Origin: Candidatus Sulfopaludibacter sp. SbA3
GTDB taxonomy: Bacteria > Acidobacteriota > Terriglobia > Bryobacterales > Bryobacteraceae
DNA length: 64,000 bases
Direction: 5' to 3'
Assembly: GCA_945861625.1 (NCBI GenBank)
Contig: CAMAVI010000001.1
Coordinates: 81,944-145,943 of the forward strand
In this document: piece by piece, positions 24,719 to 33,784 of the stretch
How the letters are laid out: each line of letters begins with the position of its first letter
Numbering within the stretch: position 1 is the stretch's first letter
Notes under the pieces: model-generated
What the model was told of the DNA's origin: nothing
Seen by the model: the letters and a program-made list of their open reading frames with translations, nothing else
Databases searched by the model: none
Position numbers and translations under genes: made by a program

Positions 24719-26008
24719 TTACACCCTATCTAAATTCTTGTAGATCGCCTCAATGTTCTGCGTGAGGCGGTCTTCGAGCGCGGTCCGCGCGCCGATGTAG
24801 ACGCCGTATTTCTTGAGGTTGTCGTCCACCCAGGCTCCATAGCCGTTGGACTTAAATGTTGGGAGCGACGCCACCGTGATGGTTTTCTTGACCTCATCCA
24901 GCGGCTTACCGGCCTTCTTGGCGGCTTCGACGCGGCCCGTCAGATCTTCGATGTAGTTGCGCAGCTGGCCCATGCGCGACTTGTCGGTGTGCACGGGTCC
25001 GTGCCCCGGAATGACGCGGTTGAAATCCAGGCCGCCGATGGAATCGATGGTCTTGGGCCAGGGCCGAGGGTAGCCGTCGCCCAGATTGGGCAGGAAGCCG
25101 ATGACGACGTCGCCCGACGCGACCACCTTCTTTTGTGGGCAGTAGACGGCGATGTCGCCCGCAGTGTGAGCCTTGCCGTGAAAGGCGAGATGCAGATCGC
25201 CGGCCGGATCCTTGATCTCGTACTCCTTGGCGAAGGTGATGGTGGGCAGCTCGAGCGGGTAGTCCTTCATCTCCGCCTGGTAGGCCTGAAGTTTGCGGAT
25301 GTTGTCCTCGCAGAAGGCCTTTTCGGCCGGGTTCTTGGCCATGCGCGCGCGCAGCGTGTCAATCTGACCGGGTACGGCTTCGAGCGACTCCTTCATGCGG
25401 TTGCGCCCCTGCGCTACTAACCATTCTTTCGTCGTCTGGCTGGCGATGATGTCGAACTTGCCGCCATTCGCCGCGGCTTTGTATGCGCGGTCGCCTTGCG
25501 AGTGATCCCAGTGGAAGTGGGTGTTGATCAGGTAGCGGACTGGTTTAGTGGTGATGTCCTTCCTGATCTGCGCGATGAGCGCGGAGGCGGCTGAGGGTTT
25601 GGAGTGCGCGTCCACGATGACCACCTCGCGCGCGCCGACGAAGATGGCCGCGTTGCAATTGGTCAGAATCTGCGGCTTAGCGATGGCGGCATAGACGCCG
25701 TCTGCGATTTTCTGGATGTCGAACAGATTCGTGTCGGCCGTGTTCGACTGCGCCCGCGCCCAGCCGGCGCGCAAGAACGCTTCTTCCAGCACGGTCGCGC
25801 CCGCCAGGACTCCGCCGAAGGTCAGGCCGAAAAAGTCGCGCCGCGAGTGGTGATGTGTGCGGTCGCGAACCGGGGCATGGTCGTGACCGTGATCATGATG
25901 GTGGTCGCCATGATGATGGTGATGATCATGACCGTGTGCGTGACCGTGGTCGTGGCCGTGCCCGTGCGTATGAGGGTGATGATGGTCGTGCGCGTCGTGG
26001 TGGTGCAT
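24719..26008 (-). CDS. MBL-fold metallo-hydrolase with a His-rich N-terminal leader and Tat-like motif
   Basis: 429 aa. The metallo-beta-lactamase motif THFHWDHSQGD is present. Residues 1-54 are about half histidine and are followed by SRRDFFGLTFGGVLAGATVL (twin-arginine-like). Confidence 0.8.
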   Translation of the reverse strand: MHHHDAHDHHHPHTHGHGHDHGHAHGHDHHHHHGDHHHDHGHDHAPVRDRTHHHSRRDFFGLTFGGVLAGATVLEEAFLRAGWARAQSNTADTNLFDIQKIADGVYAAIAKPQILTNCNAAIFVGAREVVIVDAHSKPSAASALIAQIRKDITTKPVRYLINTHFHWDHSQGDRAYKAAANGGKFDIIASQTTKEWLVAQGRNRMKESLEAVPGQIDTLRARMAKNPAEKAFCEDNIRKLQAYQAEMKDYPLELPTITFAKEYEIKDPAGDLHLAFHGKAHTAGDIAVYCPQKKVVASGDVVIGFLPNLGDGYPRPWPKTIDSIGGLDFNRVIPGHGPVHTDKSRMGQLRNYIEDLTGRVEAAKKAGKPLDEVKKTITVASLPTFKSNGYGAWVDDNLKKYGVYIGARTALEDRLTQNIEAIYKNLDRV

Positions 26009-26297
26009 AGCTGCTCCCTTCGCCTTGTGAAAACGGAACTGGGGACGATCTTAACATTCCTGGGGGCTGCGTGCGTGCCTGAGGGCTGCGTGCGCGGATC
26101 GTCGCGACTCGGCCGTGCCGAACTGGAAGTGATTCCGTTTCGAGACAGTTACGAACTCCGATGGAATCGCCTAACCCTCCGTGTTTCCCCTAACTCCCGC
26201 TGAGACGAATCCGCCAGGCCAGGCACAAATTGACGTAGGAACAGCGCCGCACGGAAGCATCTGCTGGCGATGGGGACACTCCCCGATGGGACTCACA

Positions 26298-26846
26298 ATG
26301 CGCGAGCTATGCCCGTGGTACGCCGTTACGGTGAAACATCAGCACGAGCAGCCGGTGCGATCGTTGCTGGAGTCGAAAGGATTGGAGGCTCTGGCTCCCA
26401 CCTATCGAGGCTGCCGGCGCTGGTCGGACCGGCTCAAGGAACTGGATCTTCCGCTTTTCAGCGGGTACGTATTCTGCAGGTTTCCTTACCAGGAGCGGAT
26501 ACAGGTACTGGATACGCCCGGCGTGGTCAAGGTGGTGAGTTTTGGCGGCAAACCAGCGGAAATTCCGGATACCGAGATTGCCGCGATGCAAGCGGTCATC
26601 GTGTCGCGGCTGCCCGCGCGTCCTTGGCCCTATCTAAAGCCCGGTGACCGCGTGCGCATCGAACGCGGTCCGTTGCGCGGCGTGGAAGGAACGCTGTTGC
26701 GGGAGAAAGACCGGTTGCACCTTGTGGTCGGCGTTGAGTTGCTGCAGCGGGCGATGGCGGTGGAGTTGGAAATCGATATGGTGGAACCCGTGCGGGTTCT
26801 GCGGGCAGCGGTTGGCGGAGGTCAAATATGCGCAGGAAAATCTTAG
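26298..26846 (+). CDS. NusG paralogue (UpxY/RfaH-like operon-specific antiterminator)
   Basis: Track ORF 26181..26846; ATG 26298 gives MRELCPWYAVTVKHQHEQ... (NGN domain, WYAV motif). A KOW-like GDRVRIERGPLRGVEGTL follows. It is the first gene of the polysaccharide locus. Confidence 0.75.
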   Translation: MRELCPWYAVTVKHQHEQPVRSLLESKGLEALAPTYRGCRRWSDRLKELDLPLFSGYVFCRFPYQERIQVLDTPGVVKVVSFGGKPAEIPDTEIAAMQAVIVSRLPARPWPYLKPGDRVRIERGPLRGVEGTLLREKDRLHLVVGVELLQRAMAVELEIDMVEPVRVLRAAVGGGQICAGKS

Positions 26847-27763
26847 GTCCCTGGTGGTGGTTGTTGGCCGCGTTGCCGCTGCTCGGGCAAGGCCAACCGG
26901 CGGGAGCCAATCTGCCGGTGCAGCGGATCGGTTCGAGTGACCTCCTAGCGATTTCGATTTACGGAGCGCCGGAAATGACGCGGACCGTGCGTGTCGGTGA
27001 AGACGGATCGATCCGGCTCCCCCTGCTGCGGGAAAAGATTGATGCACGCGGTTTGTTGCCAACCGAACTCGAAGGCCGTATTGCCGCGAGCCTGGTCGGC
27101 GAGCAAATTCTGGTGGACCCGGCGGTCACCGTCAATATCGCCGAATATTATAGCCGTCCGATCAGCGTGGCAGGCGCGGTGAAGAACCCCGTGACATTCC
27201 AAGCCGTCGGAAAGACGACCTTACTCGAAGCGCTAACCAGAGCGCAGGGACTTACCGAGGATGCCGGAGCGGAAATCCTGGTCACCCGTCCCGCCAAGCA
27301 GGGCCAACCGGCACTGGCCGCGCGGATTCCGAGGGCCAAGCTGATTGACTCCGCCGATCCGGAGTCGAACCTGCCGCTGGAGGGGGGAGAAGAGGTGCGC
27401 GTCCCGCGGGCGGGGAGGGTGTTTGTGGTTGGCAATGTGAGAAGGCCGGGAGCGTTCCGCGTGGAAGACAGCGGAAAGACCACGCTACTGAAAGCGGTGG
27501 CCTTGGCCGAAGGTCTAGCTCCCTACGCCAACAAGATGGCCTACGTGTACAGGCCCGTGGACGGAGCCGCTCGCAGTGAGATCCCGGTCGAGTTGCGCAA
27601 AATCATGGATCGAAAAGCGGACGATTTGGAGCTTCATCCGAATGATGTACTGTACATTCCCGACAACCGGTCGCGGCGCGTTACCACGACCGCGATTGAA
27701 AGGGCCATTGCTTTTGCCACCGGTACCGTATCCGGGATCTTGATTTTGGGAATGAACCGCTGA
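26828..27763 (+). CDS. wza: Polysaccharide export protein (Wza-like, Poly_export + SLBB)
   Basis: 311 aa with a signal peptide. IGSSDLLAISIYGAPEMTRTVRVGEDGSIRLPLL matches the Poly_export motif, and GRVFVVGNVRRPGAF matches the SLBB motif. Confidence 0.85.
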   Translation: MRRKILGPWWWLLAALPLLGQGQPAGANLPVQRIGSSDLLAISIYGAPEMTRTVRVGEDGSIRLPLLREKIDARGLLPTELEGRIAASLVGEQILVDPAVTVNIAEYYSRPISVAGAVKNPVTFQAVGKTTLLEALTRAQGLTEDAGAEILVTRPAKQGQPALAARIPRAKLIDSADPESNLPLEGGEEVRVPRAGRVFVVGNVRRPGAFRVEDSGKTTLLKAVALAEGLAPYANKMAYVYRPVDGAARSEIPVELRKIMDRKADDLELHPNDVLYIPDNRSRRVTTTAIERAIAFATGTVSGILILGMNR

Positions 27764-27786
27764 AGAACCCACGGGACGGAAAACAA

Positions 27787-30000
27787 ATGAAGCGAAATCA
27801 GTATGGGCGGGACGAGGCGGAAGGATTGCCCACCGTCATCGAATGGGGGCGAATGCCTCCTCAATATCCGGGATCGATGTATCCTCCGGCGGAGGAAGAG
27901 GCGCCGGAAGCCAGGCTGCCATTCTCGCAGTACTTCTGGGTCCTGAAGCGATACCGCTGGCGAATCGCCGGGTTGGTGGCTGCCGCCGTGCTGGCGACCA
28001 TGACGATCACGTCCCGGCTCACGCCGATCTACGAGGCGACGGCCACGGTGGATATTGACCGCCAATCGCCCGCCGGAGTAGTCGGCGAGGAGGCGGCGCG
28101 CAGCGCGGTCAACGACGCGGATCAATTTCTGGCCACACAGATCAAGCTGGTGGAATCGGATTCGGTCTTGCGGCCGGTCGATCAGCGATTTCAACTGCGC
28201 AAGCACGAAGGCCAGGCCGCGGCCCAGACTCCGCGCGGGGAGGATGCGCCGGTGGTGTTGAAACATCTGAGGGTCACGCGGCCTCCGAATACCTACCTGA
28301 TGCAGATTGCCTACCAGTCAGCGGATCCGCAATTGGCCGCCGACGCCGCCAACGCGATTGCGCAATCGTATCTTGAACGCTCTTATGAGATCCGGCTGCG
28401 GAGTTCGGCGAGCGTAGCGGCCTTCATGGAACGGCAAATGGACGAATTAAAGGCCAAGATGGAGCGTTCCGGGCATGCCTTAGCCGCTTTTGAGCGGGAA
28501 CTCAATGTGATCAATCCCGAGGAAAAGACCAATATTCTTTCCGCCCGCTTGCTGCAGTTGAATGCCGAGTACACCAACGTGCAATCCGACCGCTTGCGGC
28601 AGGAAGCGGCGTTTCAATCGGTCCAGGCGGGGTCGCTCGAAGCCGCGCTCGCGGCGCCACAGGGGGAAACACTGCGCAAACTGGTGGAGCACCTTAACGA
28701 AACGCGCGAGCATTTCGCGGAGGTGAAAGCGCACTTTGGCCTGAATCATCCGGAATATCGCAAGGCACAGGCGCAAGCGGACGATGTGGAGGCGGCCATT
28801 GGCACCACGCGGGAGCAAATCGCACAGCGCGTCGAAATCGGCTATCGAGAGAGCCAGCGCCGGGAGGCCATGGTCAAGGACGCCGTCAGCGCGGCGAAGG
28901 CGGAATTCGATCAGATGAACGCCCGCTCGTTTGAATATCAGGCTCTGAAACGCGAGGCCGACGCGGACAAGAACCTATACGAAGTACTGGTCCGCAAGAT
29001 AAAAGAAGCAGGAATCAACGCCGGTTTTCTCAATAGCTCGGTTCGCATTGCGGATCCCGCCCGGCCTGGACTCAAGCCGGTGTATCCCAACATGGTTCTG
29101 AATCTTCTTCTGGCGCTGCTGCTTTCCGGGCTGGCGGGCACTGGGGCGGCCATATTGACGGACCTGCTGGATAAGACCGTCCGCGATCCCGAACAAGTGT
29201 CGCGCACATTGCGCACCGAGGTGATCGGCAGCCTGCCCCTAATGAAAGACAGCCGGGCCGGTCTGCTATCCGCCGTCAAGCGCGGCGACGGCCCAGGGGA
29301 GGAAGGCGATCTCTCCGGGTTCGGTGAATCGGTTCGCACCCTGCGTAATTCGATTTTCCTGGGCAACTTTGATCAGCACTACCGGTCTCTGTTAGTCACC
29401 AGCGCCGCACCTGGGGAAGGGAAGACAACCACCGCGACCAATCTGGCTGTAGTTCACGCTGAACAGGGGAAACGGACCCTGCTGATCGACGGCGACTTGC
29501 GGCGCCCCAGTATCCATCGCAGCTTCCACTTGCCAAGCGTCGTAGGTTTGTCTAACGTCCTATTGGGGGAAATACCGTGGCGCGAGGCGGTGATTGAGGT
29601 GGAAGCGCTCCGGCATCTCCATATCTTGCCGGCTGGACCTCCCACGCGCCGCGCCTCGGATCTGGTGGGCCGGGGACTTGCCGAGGTACTCGAAGAGGCC
29701 GCGTCAGAATACGATCTGGTGATTCTCGATGCCCCGCCCATATTGGGTTTTGCCGAGCCGCTGCAAATGGCGACGGTCGTCGACGGCGTGATTGTGGTGG
29801 CGCGGGCGGGGCAGACGACGCGCAAGGCGGTCGCAAGCGTGCTCGCAACACTGAACCGTGTGCGCGCCAAGCTGGTCGGCATCGTCCTGAATGAAGTGCA
29901 CAAGGAACTGAGTGACAGTTATTACTACTACGGTTATTACCGGTCCTATTATCGAGCCCAGCAAGACGCCCACGCGGAGAATGCGGAGGTGGGGTCGTGA
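27787..30000 (+). CDS. wzc: Polysaccharide co-polymerase / tyrosine autokinase (Wzc/GumC-type)
   Basis: 737 aa. It has a Wzz-like N-terminal region with coiled coil, Walker A (SAAPGEGKTTTATNLA), DLVILDAPP, and a C-terminal tyrosine cluster (SDSYYYYGYYRSYYRA). Confidence 0.9.
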   Translation: MKRNQYGRDEAEGLPTVIEWGRMPPQYPGSMYPPAEEEAPEARLPFSQYFWVLKRYRWRIAGLVAAAVLATMTITSRLTPIYEATATVDIDRQSPAGVVGEEAARSAVNDADQFLATQIKLVESDSVLRPVDQRFQLRKHEGQAAAQTPRGEDAPVVLKHLRVTRPPNTYLMQIAYQSADPQLAADAANAIAQSYLERSYEIRLRSSASVAAFMERQMDELKAKMERSGHALAAFERELNVINPEEKTNILSARLLQLNAEYTNVQSDRLRQEAAFQSVQAGSLEAALAAPQGETLRKLVEHLNETREHFAEVKAHFGLNHPEYRKAQAQADDVEAAIGTTREQIAQRVEIGYRESQRREAMVKDAVSAAKAEFDQMNARSFEYQALKREADADKNLYEVLVRKIKEAGINAGFLNSSVRIADPARPGLKPVYPNMVLNLLLALLLSGLAGTGAAILTDLLDKTVRDPEQVSRTLRTEVIGSLPLMKDSRAGLLSAVKRGDGPGEEGDLSGFGESVRTLRNSIFLGNFDQHYRSLLVTSAAPGEGKTTTATNLAVVHAEQGKRTLLIDGDLRRPSIHRSFHLPSVVGLSNVLLGEIPWREAVIEVEALRHLHILPAGPPTRRASDLVGRGLAEVLEEAASEYDLVILDAPPILGFAEPLQMATVVDGVIVVARAGQTTRKAVASVLATLNRVRAKLVGIVLNEVHKELSDSYYYYGYYRSYYRAQQDAHAENAEVGS

Positions 30001-31715
30001 ATTCCACGCCATCTAACGTCGTCATCGGCGTGCACGATGGCCACAACGCCTCGGTCGCGATGGTCCGCGATGGCCGTCTGGAACTGGCCTTGCAGGAAGA
30101 GCGCGTCACCCGCATCAAGAACCAAGGCGACGCCCCGGAAAATGGCTTGGCCCTGGCTTTGCGGATGGCCAATGGCAGCGGCGCCACGGCCCGCGTCGCG
30201 CTGAACGGCCTCTACATGAACTACGGCCAGTGGCAGAGGGAGAAAATTCTCGCTGAATACCGGCAGTGTTCTGCTTTTCGCGGCCGGTTGCGGCAGTCGC
30301 TTAAGAACACATTTGTCGACAGGATGTACCGGAGTCGAAAGGAAAGTATTCGCGAGGAACATTTTGAAGCCCTGGGCATCGAGCGGCGGCGGCTAGAGCC
30401 GGTGGAGCATCACCTCGCGCATGCTTCGGCGGCCTATTACACGTGTCCGTGGCCGGAGGAACGTGTACTCGTGCTGACCTGTGACGGTTCAGGGGACCGG
30501 GTGTCGGCCACCGTGAATATCGGCGAGGGTGGCCGATTGACCCGTATTGCCGAAGTTTCCGAACACGACTCCATTGGCCGGTTGTACGCGCTGGTGACCC
30601 AACGCCTGGGCATGGTTCCGCTGGAACACGAATACAAAGTCATGGGCTTGGCTCCGTATCTGGCAAACGCCGGGAGTACCGCCAAAGCGGCGGAGTGTTT
30701 CGCAAGTCTTTTTGAGTTTCGCGGAGATTCGATGGCGTGGCGCCGGCGGCGCGGAGTTCCTTCGATGTACGCGGCGGCCAGTTTCCTGGATCGTATCTTG
30801 GATGGCCGGCGCTTTGACCATATCGCGGCGGGCGTGCAGAAATTCACCGAGGGAATTCTGTCTGAGTGGGCCATCCGCGCCATCCGCGAGACCGGCATTC
30901 GCAAGATCGCGTGCGCGGGCGGCGTGTTCATGAACGTGAAAGCCAACCTGGCCGTGCTGGAGATTCCGGAACTCGAGGACATGTACGTGTTCCCCTCCTG
31001 TGGAGACGAATCCAACAGCATCGGCGCGGCGCTACACGTAGCCCGGCAAGGCGGACAGAAGATTCTTCCGTTGGGGCCGCTGTACTACGGCGAAGCCATC
31101 ACCGACGCCGAGGCGGAGCTGGCGCTGGAGGCGGCGGCGCGGACGAAGCGGCTCGGGATTCGTTATGCCGCCGACATCGAGCGTACGGCCGCCGAAAAGC
31201 TGGCCGAAGGCAAGATTGTCGCCCGCGCCAAGGGAGCGCTGGAGTTCGGCGCGCGGGCGCTGGGAAACCGGTCGATCCTCGCCCGCGCCGATTCGCCCGG
31301 CGCGGTGCGCATGATCAACGAGATGGTCAAGAACCGGGATTTCTGGATGCCCTTTGCGCCGTCCGTACTGGCTGAAAAGGCGGACCAATACTACAGCAAG
31401 CCCAAACCCGTTGCATCGCCCCACATGATGTTTGCTTTCCGCTCCCGTCCCGGGAAGCGCGCGGCGTTCCCTGCCGCGCAGCATCCCTATGACTTCACCA
31501 CCCGTCCGCAGGAAGTGTCGGCAGCTTCCAATCCCGACTATTACCGCCTGTTGCGGGAATACGAGGTGTGCGCGGGCGAAGGCATTGTCCTGAACACATC
31601 GTTCAATCTCCACGGCGAACCCATCGTATATCGGGCACGCGATGCCGTCGATGTGTTTCTGCGCAGCGGGCTGCAATATATGGCGCTGGGGAATTGGTGG
31701 GTGGAAAAACAGTAA
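29997..31715 (+). CDS. Carbamoyltransferase (NodU/CmcH family), copy 1
   Basis: 572 aa with a GTG start overlapping the wzc stop. VIGVHDGHNASVAMVRDGRL..QEERVTRIKN, HHLAHASAAYY and NTSFNLHGEPIV are family motifs. Confidence 0.9.
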   Translation: MNSTPSNVVIGVHDGHNASVAMVRDGRLELALQEERVTRIKNQGDAPENGLALALRMANGSGATARVALNGLYMNYGQWQREKILAEYRQCSAFRGRLRQSLKNTFVDRMYRSRKESIREEHFEALGIERRRLEPVEHHLAHASAAYYTCPWPEERVLVLTCDGSGDRVSATVNIGEGGRLTRIAEVSEHDSIGRLYALVTQRLGMVPLEHEYKVMGLAPYLANAGSTAKAAECFASLFEFRGDSMAWRRRRGVPSMYAAASFLDRILDGRRFDHIAAGVQKFTEGILSEWAIRAIRETGIRKIACAGGVFMNVKANLAVLEIPELEDMYVFPSCGDESNSIGAALHVARQGGQKILPLGPLYYGEAITDAEAELALEAAARTKRLGIRYAADIERTAAEKLAEGKIVARAKGALEFGARALGNRSILARADSPGAVRMINEMVKNRDFWMPFAPSVLAEKADQYYSKPKPVASPHMMFAFRSRPGKRAAFPAAQHPYDFTTRPQEVSAASNPDYYRLLREYEVCAGEGIVLNTSFNLHGEPIVYRARDAVDVFLRSGLQYMALGNWWVEKQ

Positions 31716-31719
31716 CGCC

Positions 31720-32700
31720 ATGAGCACCGCTTCTGCCGCCCAGCCGCAGTTTTTCGCGCATCCGGAGAGCCGCGTGGAGTCGAGCGACATCGGCGCCCGC
31801 ACCCGGGTCTGGGCTTTCGCGCACATTCTGAAGGGCGCCCGCATCGGGTCCGACTGTAACGTCTGTGACCACACTTTTGTCGAAGGTGGGGCCGTGGTCG
31901 GGGATCGCGTCACTCTCAAATGCGGCGTCCAGCTCTGGGACGGCGTCACTCTTGAGGACGACGTTTTCGTGGGCCCCAATGCCACTTTCACCAACGATCC
32001 TTTCCCGCGCAGCCGGCGCAAACCCGTGCAGTTTACCCGCACGGTAGTCCGCCGCGGCGCCTCGATCGGAGCCAACGCGACCATTCTTCCCGGAATCACA
32101 ATAGGCGCAGGCGCCATGGTGGGCGCGGGCGCCGTGGTTACGCGGGATGTGCCGGCGGGAGCCATTGTCGTCGGTAACCCCGCCGCCGTCAGCGGCTACG
32201 TGGATGAGCGCGCGTCGGGCCGCGGGCGGTTGCGCACGCGGGAGATCCGGCCGGGGCAAACCGTGGAAGAAACGCCCCTGATTGGGGGCGCGCGGTTGTA
32301 CGAATTACCGCGCATCACCGACCCGCGCGGACATCTATCGTTTGCCGAGATTCACCAGTCGCTGCCGTTTCCCGTGGTGCGCTACTTCCTGGTGTACGGC
32401 GTCCCCAGCCGCGAAGTCCGCGGGGAACATGCCCACCGGACACTCGACCAGTTCCTGGTATGTGTTCATGGCAGCTGTTCGGTGCGGTTGTTCGACGGCG
32501 ATGCCAGCGAGGAGATTTTACTGAACCGGCCGGATCTCGGATTGCATGTGCCGCCGCTGGTGTGGACCACGGAATACCGGTATTCGGCCGACGCCGTGCT
32601 GCTGGTCCTTGCCTCCGACATCTACAAGGAAGACGATTATGTCCGCGATCTGGATGAATATCTGGCGCTGGCCGGAGAGGCTGATGGTCCCATTTCTTGA
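31720..32700 (+). CDS. Bifunctional WxcM-like protein: hexapeptide N-acetyltransferase + FdtA/QdtA-type sugar 3,4-ketoisomerase
   Basis: Track ORF 31642..32700; ATG 31720. The N-terminal half is left-handed beta-helix repeats (GANATILPGITIGAGAMVGAGAVVTRDV). The C-terminal half (DPRGHLSFAE...FLVYGVPSREVRGEHAHR...LNRPDLGLHVPPLVW) is the cupin-type WxcM/FdtA domain. Confidence 0.8.
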   Translation: MSTASAAQPQFFAHPESRVESSDIGARTRVWAFAHILKGARIGSDCNVCDHTFVEGGAVVGDRVTLKCGVQLWDGVTLEDDVFVGPNATFTNDPFPRSRRKPVQFTRTVVRRGASIGANATILPGITIGAGAMVGAGAVVTRDVPAGAIVVGNPAAVSGYVDERASGRGRLRTREIRPGQTVEETPLIGGARLYELPRITDPRGHLSFAEIHQSLPFPVVRYFLVYGVPSREVRGEHAHRTLDQFLVCVHGSCSVRLFDGDASEEILLNRPDLGLHVPPLVWTTEYRYSADAVLLVLASDIYKEDDYVRDLDEYLALAGEADGPIS

Positions 32701-33784
32701 TCTGGGCCGGGCCACCGCGGAGTTGCGCGGAGAACTGGACCAGGCCGTGGCCCGAGTCCTGGACTCCGGCCGCTACATCCTGGGGCAGGAAGTCGAAGCG
32801 TTCGAGGAAGAATTTGCCCGTAAGTGCGGAGCCCGCCACTGCGTGGGAGTGGCCAGCGGATTGGATGCCTTAATCCTGCTATTGCGGGCGCTGGGCGTCG
32901 GAGAAGGCGATCAGGTGATCGTGCCCTCCAATACTTATATCGCGACCTGGCTTGCCGTGTCCGCGGTGGGGGCGGAAGTCGCGCCAGTGGACCCGGACCC
33001 GCGGACGTGCAACCTCGATCCGGAAAAAACGGCGGCGGCAGTCAACTCCCGCACGCGGGCCATCATGGCCGTGCACCTTTACGGGCGCATCGCGCCGCTT
33101 GACCCATTGCGAGAGATTGCCGCGCGGCACGGCATACCTTTGCTCGCCGATGCCGCGCAGGCCCACGGCGCCAATCTGGGAGGATGCACTTCAGCGATCA
33201 GCTTTTACCCCAGCAAGAACCTGGGCGCCCTGGGCGACGGCGGGGCCGTGTTGACTGACGACGCGGCGCTCGCCGGTAAGATCCGAGTCCTGGGTAATTA
33301 CGGGTCGCGGAAGAAGTACTTCCACGAGCTTCGCGGAGTAAATTCGCGGCTCGATCCGCTGCAGGCAGCGGTGTTGCGCGTGAAGCTGCGCTACCTGGAC
33401 TGCTGGAATCAGCGCCGCCGTGCGATTGCCGGCCACTACCTGGAGGCATTCGAAGGGATTCCCGGTCTGACATTGCCTTGCGATGCAAAGTCCAGTGAAT
33501 CCGTTTGGCACATTTTTGCCGTGCGTCATCCGGAACGCGACTGGCTGGCGCGGCAACTCGCTGTGGAGGGAGTGGAAACATTGATTCACTATCCAGTCCC
33601 TCCTCATCTTTCCGCGGCCTATCGTGACCATGGCTTTGAGAAGGGGGCTTTTCCCATTGCTGAAAGCATTGCCGCGACGGTATTGAGCCTGCCGCTGCAT
33701 CCTCATCTGACCGGGGAACAGGTGGAGGAAGTGGTCAGCTCGGTATGTCTGGCGGCATGCCTGCCGGCGGGAGCGGTCCAGTGA
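32684..33784 (+). CDS. DegT/DnrJ/EryC1/StrS family sugar aminotransferase (FdtB/QdtB-like)
   Basis: Track ORF 32546..33784; ATG 32684 gives MVPFLDLGRATAELRGELDQA.... The PLP lysine context is ISFYPSKNLGALGDGG. Confidence 0.9.
   Translation: MVPFLDLGRATAELRGELDQAVARVLDSGRYILGQEVEAFEEEFARKCGARHCVGVASGLDALILLLRALGVGEGDQVIVPSNTYIATWLAVSAVGAEVAPVDPDPRTCNLDPEKTAAAVNSRTRAIMAVHLYGRIAPLDPLREIAARHGIPLLADAAQAHGANLGGCTSAISFYPSKNLGALGDGGAVLTDDAALAGKIRVLGNYGSRKKYFHELRGVNSRLDPLQAAVLRVKLRYLDCWNQRRRAIAGHYLEAFEGIPGLTLPCDAKSSESVWHIFAVRHPERDWLARQLAVEGVETLIHYPVPPHLSAAYRDHGFEKGAFPIAESIAATVLSLPLHPHLTGEQVEEVVSSVCLAACLPAGAVQ

Noticed and set aside
25847-26008. His-rich tract as an engineered affinity tag or assembly artefact
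   Set aside because: His codons alternate between CAC and CAT and are interspersed with Asp, Gly, Ala, Pro and Thr over 54 residues. The tract is in frame with a native Tat motif and there is no vector-like sequence around it, so it looks like a genuine low-complexity coding region.
33505-33520. TGGCAC-N4-TTGC inside the first DegT gene
   Set aside because: The spacing is one nt short of the sigma-54 consensus, and the site is in the middle of a coding region within a tightly coupled operon. It is most likely chance.
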